DNA of 64,000 bases from an uncultured Porphyromonadaceae bacterium (GTDB lineage: Bacteria; Bacteroidota; Bacteroidia; Bacteroidales; Muribaculaceae): contig CAMQYM010000004.1 of the NCBI GenBank assembly GCA_947039315.1, forward strand, positions 291-64,290. Direction: 5' to 3'. The position numbers were made by a program, and so were the translations under genes. Positions 11,040 through 19,871 of the stretch are shown here, in pieces (the stretch's first letter is position 1; every line of letters starts with the position of its first letter). The notes beneath the pieces were generated by a model. That model was not told the DNA's origin, did not search any database, and saw nothing but the letters and a program-made list of their open reading frames with translations.

Positions 11040-12491
11040 ATGGATTATTCACAATTTGGGGCTATGTTGCCCGAACTAATAATTCTCGGACTCTTCCTTG
11101 TGGTGTTCCTTCTGGACACGTTTACCAAGGATGGTTCCGCAAAGCGCTTCCTCACTCCGGTGACAACAGTGCTCTTCGGCCTCGCCGCGGTGGCGATATG
11201 GCTGATACCGTCGTGCGGCACCGAGGTTTTCGGCGGGATGTATGTCGATTCAGCGGCCTGCAAGGCCATTAAGGCTATTCTCTGTATCGGTGTATTCATC
11301 GTGCTTCTCCAGTCATCCGAATGGGTGGAGAGCGATGAGGTGGCAATCCGCAAGGGCGAGTTCTATGAACTTCTGTTTGTGACTCTTTTCGGGATGTTCC
11401 TTATGATTTCTGCCCGTCACTTCCTTCTTTTCGTGATTGGCCTGGAGTCGGCGTCGTTGCCGCTCGCCGCAATGGTGGCGTTCAACAAGAAGCATTATCA
11501 GAGTCATGAGGCTGCTTTCAAGTATATCATCACCGCTGTTTTCTCCTCGGCTGTGCTTCTCGTGGGTCTGTCGTTCGTCTACGCGTTGTCGGGTGGCTCT
11601 CTCTACTTCGACGATATCCGTGCGGCGATCGCCGGTTCCGAGATGAGCGGACTGCTTGTTGTGGCTCTCGCATTTGTAATCGCGGGAATCGGCTTCAAGC
11701 TCTCGCTTGTCCCCTTCCACCTCTGGACAGCCGATGTATATCAGGGTGCGCCCACTGCGATCACTTCCTACCTTTCGGTGATTTCAAAGGGTTCTGCGGC
11801 ATTTGCGTTCTTTGTGATTTTCGTGCAGGCTTTCGGCACTGTTTACTCCGGTCTCTGGGAATGGATGATGTATGCCGTAATCATATTGACCATCACCATA
11901 GGTAACCTGTTTGCAATCCGCCAGAAGAACATGAAGCGGTTCATGGCGTTCTCGTCCATCTCGCAGGCCGGTTACATCATGCTTGGCGTGATGACTGAGT
12001 CCGCTCTCGGTCTCGGGTCGATGATGTACTACATCTTCGTGTACGTGGTCAGCAACCTTGCTGTGTTCGGTGTTATCTCGGCAATCGAGAACAAGACCGG
12101 CAAGGTCGGCATGGATGATTACGATGGTCTGCACAAGAGCAATCCTTGGTTGTCGTTTGCGATGACTCTCGCGATGTTCTCGCTTGCCGGTATCCCGCCG
12201 TTCGCAGGATTCTTCAGCAAATTCCTGATCTTTACTTCGGTGACAGCTTCCGGTTCGATGCCCCTCTATATGCTTGTGCTGGTAGCGTTGATCAATACGA
12301 TTATATCGCTCTACTACTATCTGCTCGTGGTGAAGGCCATCTGGATCAATCCCGGCGAAGCAAAGGTCGAGGCATTCAGAAGTGCATTTACAGAGAGATT
12401 GGCACTGTGGCTCTGCGTCGGGGGAATTGTATTCTTCGGACTGGTGCCCTGCATCTATGACTACTGCGTAAACACAGCTGCGCTGCTCTGA
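11040..12491 (+). CDS. nuoN: NADH-quinone oxidoreductase subunit N
   Basis: Antiporter-like subunit with VPFHLWTADVYQGAPTAITSYLSVISKG; last gene of the cluster. Confidence 0.92.
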   Translation: MDYSQFGAMLPELIILGLFLVVFLLDTFTKDGSAKRFLTPVTTVLFGLAAVAIWLIPSCGTEVFGGMYVDSAACKAIKAILCIGVFIVLLQSSEWVESDEVAIRKGEFYELLFVTLFGMFLMISARHFLLFVIGLESASLPLAAMVAFNKKHYQSHEAAFKYIITAVFSSAVLLVGLSFVYALSGGSLYFDDIRAAIAGSEMSGLLVVALAFVIAGIGFKLSLVPFHLWTADVYQGAPTAITSYLSVISKGSAAFAFFVIFVQAFGTVYSGLWEWMMYAVIILTITIGNLFAIRQKNMKRFMAFSSISQAGYIMLGVMTESALGLGSMMYYIFVYVVSNLAVFGVISAIENKTGKVGMDDYDGLHKSNPWLSFAMTLAMFSLAGIPPFAGFFSKFLIFTSVTASGSMPLYMLVLVALINTIISLYYYLLVVKAIWINPGEAKVEAFRSAFTERLALWLCVGGIVFFGLVPCIYDYCVNTAALL

Positions 12492-12525
12492 TCAAGAGGA
12501 CCCCACTATAAATAAAATCATATAT

Positions 12526-12562
12526 GAAAAAGTGGTGCGTTTTTGGAGCGCACCACTTTTTC
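12526..12562 (+). terminator. Intrinsic terminator after nuoN
   Basis: Perfect 14-bp stem gaaaaagtggtgcg / cgcaccactttttc with a 9-nt loop. A/T runs flank both sides, so it could act in both directions. Confidence 0.75.
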
Positions 12563-12626
12563 ATATTTTACACGGACTTTTAAATTACTCATATCATCTT
12601 TAATCAAAATCTTTAATTAGCGGTAT

Positions 12627-13382
12627 ATGTATACACTGAAAGAATTGCGCGAGAGAAAATCCGTCAGGGGATACACAGACGAAAGTCTCTCGGAGAGCAT
12701 AAGAAACACGCTGAACGCGGAGGCGACATTTATCAATAGCCATGAAGCCGGACTGAATTTTCAGGTCCGTTATGATGATACCGACCCTTTTCGGGGTCTC
12801 ACCAGGAGTTATGGCATGTTTCGCGGCGTGCGCAATTATCTCGCAGTAGTGATCGATTCGACTTTTGAGTTCGCACTGGAAAGGGCCGGTTATTTTGCAG
12901 AGGGCTATGTGATGAAGGCGGTATCCCTCGGCCTCGGAACCTGTTTTGTAGGCGGTACTTTTTCGAGAAGTTCTACTGATGTGAGAATGGAGGTCTACGA
13001 GAAGCTGCCGTTTCTTGTGGCATTCGGTCATGCGGCCGCCGGAGCGCCTTTGATCGCCAGAATAGGAGCGGCGGTAGCCCACAGAAAGAATATGGACGAG
13101 TCCCGGTTCTTCGGGGGGAGTGTGAGGGAATATGCCGAAGCATTACGGAAGTATCCATGGCTTCAGAAGGGAATCAGGGCGGTGGCATGCGCTCCTTCGG
13201 CTTTGAATGCGCGTCCTGTACGTATCTATGTGGAATCGGATGACGATGGTCTTCATGTTACGGCACGGGTAGACGACTATGAAAAAAACGCGGTCGACCT
13301 CGGAATCGCCAAATTTAATTTTGCGGCGGCTGTAGGGGGAGAGTGGGAATGGGGTAACGGAGGAAAATTCCTGCCCTGGTGA
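12627..13382 (+). CDS. Nitroreductase family protein
   Basis: N-terminal LKELRERKSVRGYTDE motif, plus length and pattern typical of the nitroreductase fold. Family-level call only. Confidence 0.72.
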   Translation: MYTLKELRERKSVRGYTDESLSESIRNTLNAEATFINSHEAGLNFQVRYDDTDPFRGLTRSYGMFRGVRNYLAVVIDSTFEFALERAGYFAEGYVMKAVSLGLGTCFVGGTFSRSSTDVRMEVYEKLPFLVAFGHAAAGAPLIARIGAAVAHRKNMDESRFFGGSVREYAEALRKYPWLQKGIRAVACAPSALNARPVRIYVESDDDGLHVTARVDDYEKNAVDLGIAKFNFAAAVGGEWEWGNGGKFLPW

Positions 13383-13675
13383 CAGGTGTGTATCGCTGAC
13401 GGAAACTGTGCGATGTATCCTTGAATAAAACTAAATGCCTGATATTAGTTTTATATGGAATTTGTCTAAATAAGGTGCAGTATGATGCGCTTGTGAAAAG
13501 TACGGAATTTTTCTCTAAGAGATTCTGTAAGTATCGAAGTGACAGAATGATGCAATGATTTACTATGTCGTGAAGTTCTAAATGCGTGACCTTATATGAC
13601 TGCTTTAATAATTCAGGAATTCGTGGTGTAAATGTATAATGGGTGTTGATTGTTGCACTTTTCTTTTGAAATTAA

Positions 13676-13706
13676 TTTGCGGATTGCGTAATAATTATTA
13701 AATTTG
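13676..13706 (+). promoter_or_regulatory. Bacteroidetes sigma-A-type promoter (-33 TTTG / -7 TAAATTTG)
   Basis: TTTG at 13676-13679, a 19-nt spacer, then TAAATTTG at 13699-13706. This matches TTTG-N19-21-TAnnTTTG. Confidence 0.5.
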
Positions 13707-13800
13707 GAGCGGAAATCAAAAAAATGTCGATTCAAGCCATCTTTTGTGCCAACTATTGACTTTGCCGTTTTTCCGACCAATATTTGATGAGTTCTTGAAT

Positions 13801-14493
13801 ATGGCAGTCAAGCTTTCGTATCTTTCATACGGCATCTGTGTTGGAATAGTCTATAAATACCGATATATGGCAATATTAATGCGGAATACAGCTTCTCCAA
13901 TCAGATCCAGAGAAGAGTTGCGGCAGGCTGTGGAGGCCAGCGCTTCTGATATAGCGGACCGTCATGTACCGGACAGGACCACATTGCTCGGGCAGTGTGT
14001 TGTGCGTTATTCGGTCGAGACCGATACATATTACTATACCAAAGGGTGCGACATATTTTTTATAAACGAACAGATGTACGTGGTGACGCGTCATTCGCGG
14101 CTGAAGAAGTTCCATGACAAGGATGGTGTGGGCAAGTTCAGGGATAAATATGGACTGGATCTTAAAATAAATGCCGGAGAGCATGTGGTAAAGGCGAGAT
14201 TCAAAGGTATAGATACCGGATTCAGATACAAATCACATCGTCGGACACTTGATTATTCAAACCATGTATTCACCTATGATGTGGTGAATGCCGAGTATAT
14301 TACTCGTGATATAGAGATCTCAAAAGGTGGGTCGAGACGTGCGATCTCGAGGCGTACACCGCCGGACAAGGGGATGTCGGTGATCGGGATTGTGCAGGGA
14401 TGCGGCGACGAGCATGATTTCGGAATCCCGGCCGACGAGCGCATAGTGTTTCTCGCCCATTGCACCAGACTTACCAAAGTCGGTATTACATAA
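13801..14493 (+). CDS. Hypothetical protein (orphan; no domain recognised)
   Basis: Long open frame inside an AT-rich gap, downstream of a consensus promoter. The start is uncertain: ATG at 13801 or 13867 (the ORF-track TTG at 13744 is unlikely). I found no recognisable motif. Confidence 0.5.
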   Translation: MAVKLSYLSYGICVGIVYKYRYMAILMRNTASPIRSREELRQAVEASASDIADRHVPDRTTLLGQCVVRYSVETDTYYYTKGCDIFFINEQMYVVTRHSRLKKFHDKDGVGKFRDKYGLDLKINAGEHVVKARFKGIDTGFRYKSHRRTLDYSNHVFTYDVVNAEYITRDIEISKGGSRRAISRRTPPDKGMSVIGIVQGCGDEHDFGIPADERIVFLAHCTRLTKVGIT

Positions 14494-14725
14494 CGCAGTT
14501 TCAGTTCTGCATGCTGTAAATTCCGCTTCGTTACACAATGATATAAAAATTTGCCATCACAAAAGACCCGCTTACAATTATTCCATCAATCACTAATTGT
14601 TACAATAAGTCAGAGAATGGCTTGTCACCGGCCCGGCAGGGCTCCGCGGAGGGTTAGCCGCACAGCCCCTATAGGAGGTAAATACTTACGTTTATTTAGC
14701 CTGTGATTCAGAGGGTGGCAAAATT

Positions 14726-14756
14726 ATGGAGGAGACGTGCCGGGTGTCTCCTCCAT
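14726..14756 (-). terminator. Hairpin downstream of the GH57 gene (possible bidirectional terminator)
   Basis: Perfect 11-bp stem atggaggagac / gtctcctccat with a 9-nt loop, 60 nt past the GH57 stop. The U-run is weak (AAUUUU) on the minus strand. Confidence 0.5.
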
Positions 14757-14816
14757 TTATTGCAGTGATATTATCTGTTGTCCGCAATGTGACCGGTCAT
14801 TCGGAAATGAGTGAGA

Positions 14817-16274
14817 TCATTTGTCATCTTGTGCCGATGCAGACTTTTTTGCGATGCTCCTTGTGGATGCTTTCTTCGCGGAGGAATTTTTCTTTGCGGC
14901 TGGTTTCTTGGGGGGGACAGCTTTCGGAATTTCCGGCTCCGCCTCTATCTCTGCCATGGCTGCTTTCTCTTCGGAATTCAGGATATTGATCCGAAGAGAA
15001 GTAACTTCCTTGTTTAGTGAAGCTATCTCGGCCGCCTGATTGCGGATGGTGAGCAGGAGCGGGTTGAGCTCTTCGTTGACGATGCTTTCAGGGAACTGTT
15101 CCTGTACTCTTACCAGAAAATCTGCGAGTACGTTCATATAATTAGTGAACGCCGAGAAAGGCGAGTCGTACGGGCTGAAAGCCGCGTGCGACGCGCCGTC
15201 CGACATGTTCTTGGTGCACATGTAGTAGAAGTGGTCGCTGCTCTGGAGGTATTCCCAATCCAGTTTTAGTCTGCGGTCGTCGCAGAGGCTGACGCGCTCC
15301 GCCACGGAGTAGAGTTTAGAGAGGGCCTCGTTCTGCAGTTCGTTCCCTTTCCATGCGGAGACATCACGGGCCTCGTCGATATCCGACAGAGGATAGGGTA
15401 TGGTCAGTTCGCCTACCGGTTTCAGGTGCGAGCATACTTCCGAGGGGGTGGAGAATCTGATACCCCTCACGGCGGCGAAGCGCGGGAGCGCCTTCATGAA
15501 CTCGAAGATGCCGGTGGATTCGGGAATGAATGTGCCGAATGTATCCATGCTAAGGAACATATTTACCACTTGTTCCTGCTCGGGGGAGGAGGCGATCCAG
15601 TCCAGATATTTGTCGGCGGTCAGGGGATATTCGTCCCACTCGGTGCGGTTGAAATTCATTGAGATGTCGCCGGCCAGTTTGTCGTTGGTGATGAGGAGCC
15701 GCAGGTTAGGTGCCGTGGCGGCTTTGTACACGTAGTTTGGCGATTTCCATCCGAGAACGTGCTTGGCACCTGCTGTCAGGCAGTTCCTGAATCCCATCCC
15801 GGCTATGAGCATCGCTATGTCGTCGTCGTAGATGAGTTCTGTGTTGGCGAAGGTCTTTGTCTTGACGCCGAAGAGGCGGAGCAGAAGGCGGTCGAGCTGC
15901 TTCACCTCGCGTATGAATTCATCGTGGTCTTCGAGGGAGGAGAGGGAGTGGGCGTAGGTGCCGGCAAGGAATTCCACGCATCCCGTATCGGCCAGTTGCT
16001 TGAGCTTATCGATGAATTCCGGCACGTAAAGCTGCAGCTGTTCGATGGCTGTCCCCGAGATGCTGATGGCGCATTTGAACGCGCCGTTGCTTTCGCGTAT
16101 CATTTCAAGCAGGGTATCGGCCATAGGCATATAACTCTGCTCTGCGAGACGGGTGATGATGTCGTCGTTTGCGAAATCATCATAATAGTAGTGGTCGTTG
16201 CCTATGTCGAAAAAGCGGTAACGTTTCAGACGGAAAGGCTGATGGATATTGAAATAGAAACAAACAGATTTCAT
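14817..16274 (-). CDS. Glycoside hydrolase family 57 (alpha-amylase/branching-type) with a coiled-coil and Lys/Ala-rich C-terminal tail
   Basis: The N-terminus MKSVCFYFNIHQPFRLKRYRFFDIG…YYDD is typical of GH57, and the gene sits in a glycogen-gene neighbourhood. Confidence 0.88.
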   Translation of the reverse strand: MKSVCFYFNIHQPFRLKRYRFFDIGNDHYYYDDFANDDIITRLAEQSYMPMADTLLEMIRESNGAFKCAISISGTAIEQLQLYVPEFIDKLKQLADTGCVEFLAGTYAHSLSSLEDHDEFIREVKQLDRLLLRLFGVKTKTFANTELIYDDDIAMLIAGMGFRNCLTAGAKHVLGWKSPNYVYKAATAPNLRLLITNDKLAGDISMNFNRTEWDEYPLTADKYLDWIASSPEQEQVVNMFLSMDTFGTFIPESTGIFEFMKALPRFAAVRGIRFSTPSEVCSHLKPVGELTIPYPLSDIDEARDVSAWKGNELQNEALSKLYSVAERVSLCDDRRLKLDWEYLQSSDHFYYMCTKNMSDGASHAAFSPYDSPFSAFTNYMNVLADFLVRVQEQFPESIVNEELNPLLLTIRNQAAEIASLNKEVTSLRINILNSEEKAAMAEIEAEPEIPKAVPPKKPAAKKNSSAKKASTRSIAKKSASAQDDK

Positions 16275-16356
16275 TGCTCTGATAATTTTTTTGAGTGGTT
16301 GCTCTTTGAGTGGTTGCTCTCGTTGAAGATGTTTATCTTCTTTGCGGCCTCTGGAG

Positions 16357-17622
16357 TCAGCGGCGGTTATCCATCACATGACGATATATGTCGATGACTT
16401 TTTTGCCGGCTTTCTCCCAGGTGATGCGGTGGATTTCCTCGATTCCCTTGTCGCGAAGCATGTTGTGGAGACCTGGATAAGACACCAATGAGTGCATTGC
16501 ATCGGCCATGGCATCAATGTCCCAATAGTCGGTCTTGATCACATAGTCGAGGATTTCGGCGCATCCGCTCTGTTTTGAGATGATGGAGGGGACTCCCATC
16601 TCCATCGCCTCGAGCGGAGAGATTCCGAAAGGTTCCGACACGGAGGGCATGACGTAGACATCCGAATCGGCGAGCATCTCATAGACCTGGCGTCCGCGGA
16701 GGAATCCCGTGAAATGGAATCTGTCGGCTATATTGCGTTTGGCGGCGAGACGAATCATGTCATCCATCATGTCGCCTGAGCCCGCCATCACGAAACGGAC
16801 GTTTCTGTTTTTCTGGAGAACCTTTGCCGCGGCTTCTACGAAGTATTCCGGGCCTTTCTGCATAGTGATTCTGCCGAGGAAGGTGATTACCTTGTCCTTC
16901 TTTTCCCGGCGGGGGAGATTGAGCAGTTCGTCGCTCAGAGGAATCACGGCATTGTGGACAGTGGTTACCTTGTCGGGGCTGATGCCGTATTTGTCGATTA
17001 CGGTGCGCCGCGTGAGGTCGGAGACCGTTATGATATGGTCGGCGTTCTCCATGCCATCTTTCTCTATGCCGAACACCGTAGGGTTAACGTTGCCGCGGGA
17101 GCGGTCGAAGTCTGTTGCATGCACATGGATCACCAGCGGTTTGCCGGTCACGTTCTTCGCGTGTATGCCGGCGGGATATGTGAGCCAGTCGTGCGAGTGT
17201 ATCACGTCGCATGGAATGGTGCGAGAGATCACTCCGGCCACAATCGAGTAATTGTTGATTTCCTCGATGATGTTGTCTGGGTATCTGCCGGAGAATTCGA
17301 TGCATCCCAGGTCATTGAGACGCATATAGTTGAAATCGGCGTAGATATGGTCGCGAAGGTCGAAATACAGTTGCGGATCCATCACCTTGCCTATGCGTCC
17401 CTCCACATAATCGCGGTTCACGTCGCGCCATGCCACCGGAGTGCAGTTGGCACCGATGATGTTGGCGAATCCCTTCTCCTCGTCTCCTTGTGGTTTGGGG
17501 ATGACGAATGAGATTTCCATGTCGCCGTTGTTGTGCATCCCTTTGGTGAGACCGTAGCTGGCTGTTCCTAGTCCGCCTAAGATATGGGGCGGGAACTCCC
17601 AGCCGAACATTAATGCTTTCAT
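16357..17622 (-). CDS. Glycosyltransferase family 4 (putative glycogen/alpha-glucan synthase)
   Basis: GWEFPPHILGGLGTASYGL N-terminus and the E-x7-E region PSVSEPFGISPLEAM. It lies between the GH57 and debranching enzyme genes. Confidence 0.88.
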   Translation of the reverse strand: MKALMFGWEFPPHILGGLGTASYGLTKGMHNNGDMEISFVIPKPQGDEEKGFANIIGANCTPVAWRDVNRDYVEGRIGKVMDPQLYFDLRDHIYADFNYMRLNDLGCIEFSGRYPDNIIEEINNYSIVAGVISRTIPCDVIHSHDWLTYPAGIHAKNVTGKPLVIHVHATDFDRSRGNVNPTVFGIEKDGMENADHIITVSDLTRRTVIDKYGISPDKVTTVHNAVIPLSDELLNLPRREKKDKVITFLGRITMQKGPEYFVEAAAKVLQKNRNVRFVMAGSGDMMDDMIRLAAKRNIADRFHFTGFLRGRQVYEMLADSDVYVMPSVSEPFGISPLEAMEMGVPSIISKQSGCAEILDYVIKTDYWDIDAMADAMHSLVSYPGLHNMLRDKGIEEIHRITWEKAGKKVIDIYRHVMDNRR

Positions 17623-17634
17623 ATTTTCAACGGA

Positions 17635-19599
17635 TTATTCGGTTTCTGAATTGAGCAGTTTGCTCATTTTATTGACAGTGTGGATAGTGGCTAGAATTTC
17701 ACCCACATTCTTGGCTGTGCTGACCGCACCGCGTCCTGTGTATGGAGGGTTGCCGTCGTAAAGTTCGCAGAGCGAACCGATGCAGCCCTCGCTCATGTCG
17801 TCCTCGTAGGATATCAGCATTCGCTCGATGAACGGGAGACCGCCCAGGCCGAATACCTTGAAGTATGCGTCGGCATAGAATCCGAAGAGCCAGGGGCGTG
17901 CCGGCCCCTGATGCACCGCATACTCGCGCTGGACTGGATTGCCGACATATACCGGGTTGTAATTGTGGCTCTTGGGGCTGAGCGAGCGGAGACCTTTGGG
18001 AGTGAGCAGCTCGCGGGTGCAGAAGTCGAGGACGCGTTTGCGCTGGCGCCGGTCCAGAGGCGAGTATTCGAGGCCGATGGCAATGGCCATGTTGGGGCGG
18101 ACCTCCAGGTCGGTGTATGCGCCGTTCACATAGTCGTACAGGTAGCCGTATTCGTTGAGGAACGTGCTGATAAACGACTCCTTTACTTTCTCGGCGAGCG
18201 CGTTGATTTCCGCCACGTATGCGGTCTCCTCTCCCACACTCTCGTAAAGGTTTGCGAGGAAGCAGAGGCCGTTGTACCATAGGGCATTGAATTCCAGGAT
18301 ATATCCGGTGCGTGGAATGATCGGGCGTCCGTTGATAGAGGCCGAAAGCCATGTCACCGGCGAATTTTCTCCTTCCGATTTCAGAAGTCCGTTGGGGTCG
18401 GCCATGAGGTTGCGGATGCGTCCGGCGCGTATATGCTCCACCAGTTCGCGCACCACGGCACCGTAGCGCTCGCGGCATTTTCCGGCGCCCATGAAACGGC
18501 GGTACTGCTGTATCGCCCATATAGTCCATAGCGGTATGTCAGGCAGGTCGATCTCATTGATCATGCGGTCCGGCTGCCGCGTCTCGATATTGCGGCGGAG
18601 CGCATCGAGGAATGTGTCCATTATCAGATGGAAGTCCTCCTCATGTCCGATGGCCAGCGTACAGCCCGGGAGAGCTATCATCTCGTCGCGGCTCCTTACT
18701 TTGTGCCAGGGATAGCCCGCCATGATGTACATGCCGCTGTCGTTCTTGAGATAGAACTGTTTGGCTGAGTTCTTGAGGCAGTTGTAGAAGCTTGTGCGGC
18801 ATGTCCTTGTGGTAAGCTCAATGTCGTAGGTCTTCTCAAATGTATCAGGGTCGGATTCGAATGTGGATGCGGAGAAGATGATGGATTCCCCCTTTTTGAC
18901 CGGCAGTTCGAAATATCCTGGCACCCAGAGATCTTCCTTGTAGGGGATTCCGCGCACCTTGTCCTTATGGTATTCGATACCGTTGTACCAATGGGGATCG
19001 TTCACCCACTCTGCCGGTTTGTTGAACTGCATGAACAGACGGGGATAGCCGGGATAGAGACATGTCGACACCCCGTTTTCGGCGGGACGGATTTCGGTGT
19101 TGATGTCACCGTTCTGCACCACCAGGTCGTTGGCGTTACGGAAGGCCAGGAATGGCCTGAACCTTAGCGTTGTAGGGGAGTGTGCTTCAATAAGTGTGTA
19201 TTTTATCAGGATTTTGTTTTCATGGGAGATGAATACTTTTTCCTTGGTAAGGATCACGCCGCCCACGCGGAAAGTCAGCTTGGGAACTCTCTCGCAGTCG
19301 AATTCACGGATATACTTGTGACCGTTGGGGCTGAACACGTTGTCGCCATACTGATGCAATCCGAGGTTGAATGAGGCCTCGTGCTGGATCACGCTTTCAT
19401 CGAGCGACGAAAGGAGCACATGCGCCTTGTCGTCCATCTCCGGGATGGGAATCACGAGCAGACCGTGCTGTTTGCGTGTGTTGCATCCGACAATTGTGGT
19501 ACAGTGATATGCCCCCGATTTGTTCGTGCGGATCATCTCCTTGGGAAGCGACTGCTCCAGGTTGATCATAAGATTCTTGTCAAATTTAAGATAGCTCAT
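17635..19599 (-). CDS. Glycogen debranching enzyme family protein (amylo-alpha-1,6-glucosidase, GDE_N + GDE_C)
   Basis: 654 aa. The N-terminal TNKSGAYHCTTIVGCNTRKQHGLLV and the C-terminal (alpha/alpha)6-type region are typical of bacterial GDE proteins. Confidence 0.88.
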   Translation of the reverse strand: MSYLKFDKNLMINLEQSLPKEMIRTNKSGAYHCTTIVGCNTRKQHGLLVIPIPEMDDKAHVLLSSLDESVIQHEASFNLGLHQYGDNVFSPNGHKYIREFDCERVPKLTFRVGGVILTKEKVFISHENKILIKYTLIEAHSPTTLRFRPFLAFRNANDLVVQNGDINTEIRPAENGVSTCLYPGYPRLFMQFNKPAEWVNDPHWYNGIEYHKDKVRGIPYKEDLWVPGYFELPVKKGESIIFSASTFESDPDTFEKTYDIELTTRTCRTSFYNCLKNSAKQFYLKNDSGMYIMAGYPWHKVRSRDEMIALPGCTLAIGHEEDFHLIMDTFLDALRRNIETRQPDRMINEIDLPDIPLWTIWAIQQYRRFMGAGKCRERYGAVVRELVEHIRAGRIRNLMADPNGLLKSEGENSPVTWLSASINGRPIIPRTGYILEFNALWYNGLCFLANLYESVGEETAYVAEINALAEKVKESFISTFLNEYGYLYDYVNGAYTDLEVRPNMAIAIGLEYSPLDRRQRKRVLDFCTRELLTPKGLRSLSPKSHNYNPVYVGNPVQREYAVHQGPARPWLFGFYADAYFKVFGLGGLPFIERMLISYEDDMSEGCIGSLCELYDGNPPYTGRGAVSTAKNVGEILATIHTVNKMSKLLNSETE

Positions 19600-19871
19600 G
19601 ATTTTTGGATTATATAGGGGTTGATTATAAGATTATTCATTTGTAAAAAACGGATGGGATACGGGGGGGTCCGGAAGCCCGAGCTATAGTATGGGGAGAG
19701 AGCGGCAGAACTGTAGAAAGTATAGCTTCCTGTATCACAAAAGTAATAAAAAAAACTGAATCATAAAAGAATATGTGTTTAGAAACATAAAAACATTCAG
19801 ATTCCGGTATATCTATGGTATAGTGAAGGAATTCCTGTTTAATGCCGCTTCAGTTTTTATTTTGTCCGGCG

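Noticed and set aside
14817-19599. The GH57-GT4-debranching enzyme cluster, considered as a possible novel system.
   Set aside because: This trio is, to my knowledge, the standard glycogen/alpha-glucan metabolism cluster of Bacteroidales. Apart from the GH57 tail, nothing about it is unusual.
19663-19669. G7 homopolymer in the leader of the glycogen operon, considered as a phase-variation tract.
   Set aside because: It lies in the 5' UTR of a housekeeping metabolic operon, is short, and has no supporting feature. It is most likely incidental.
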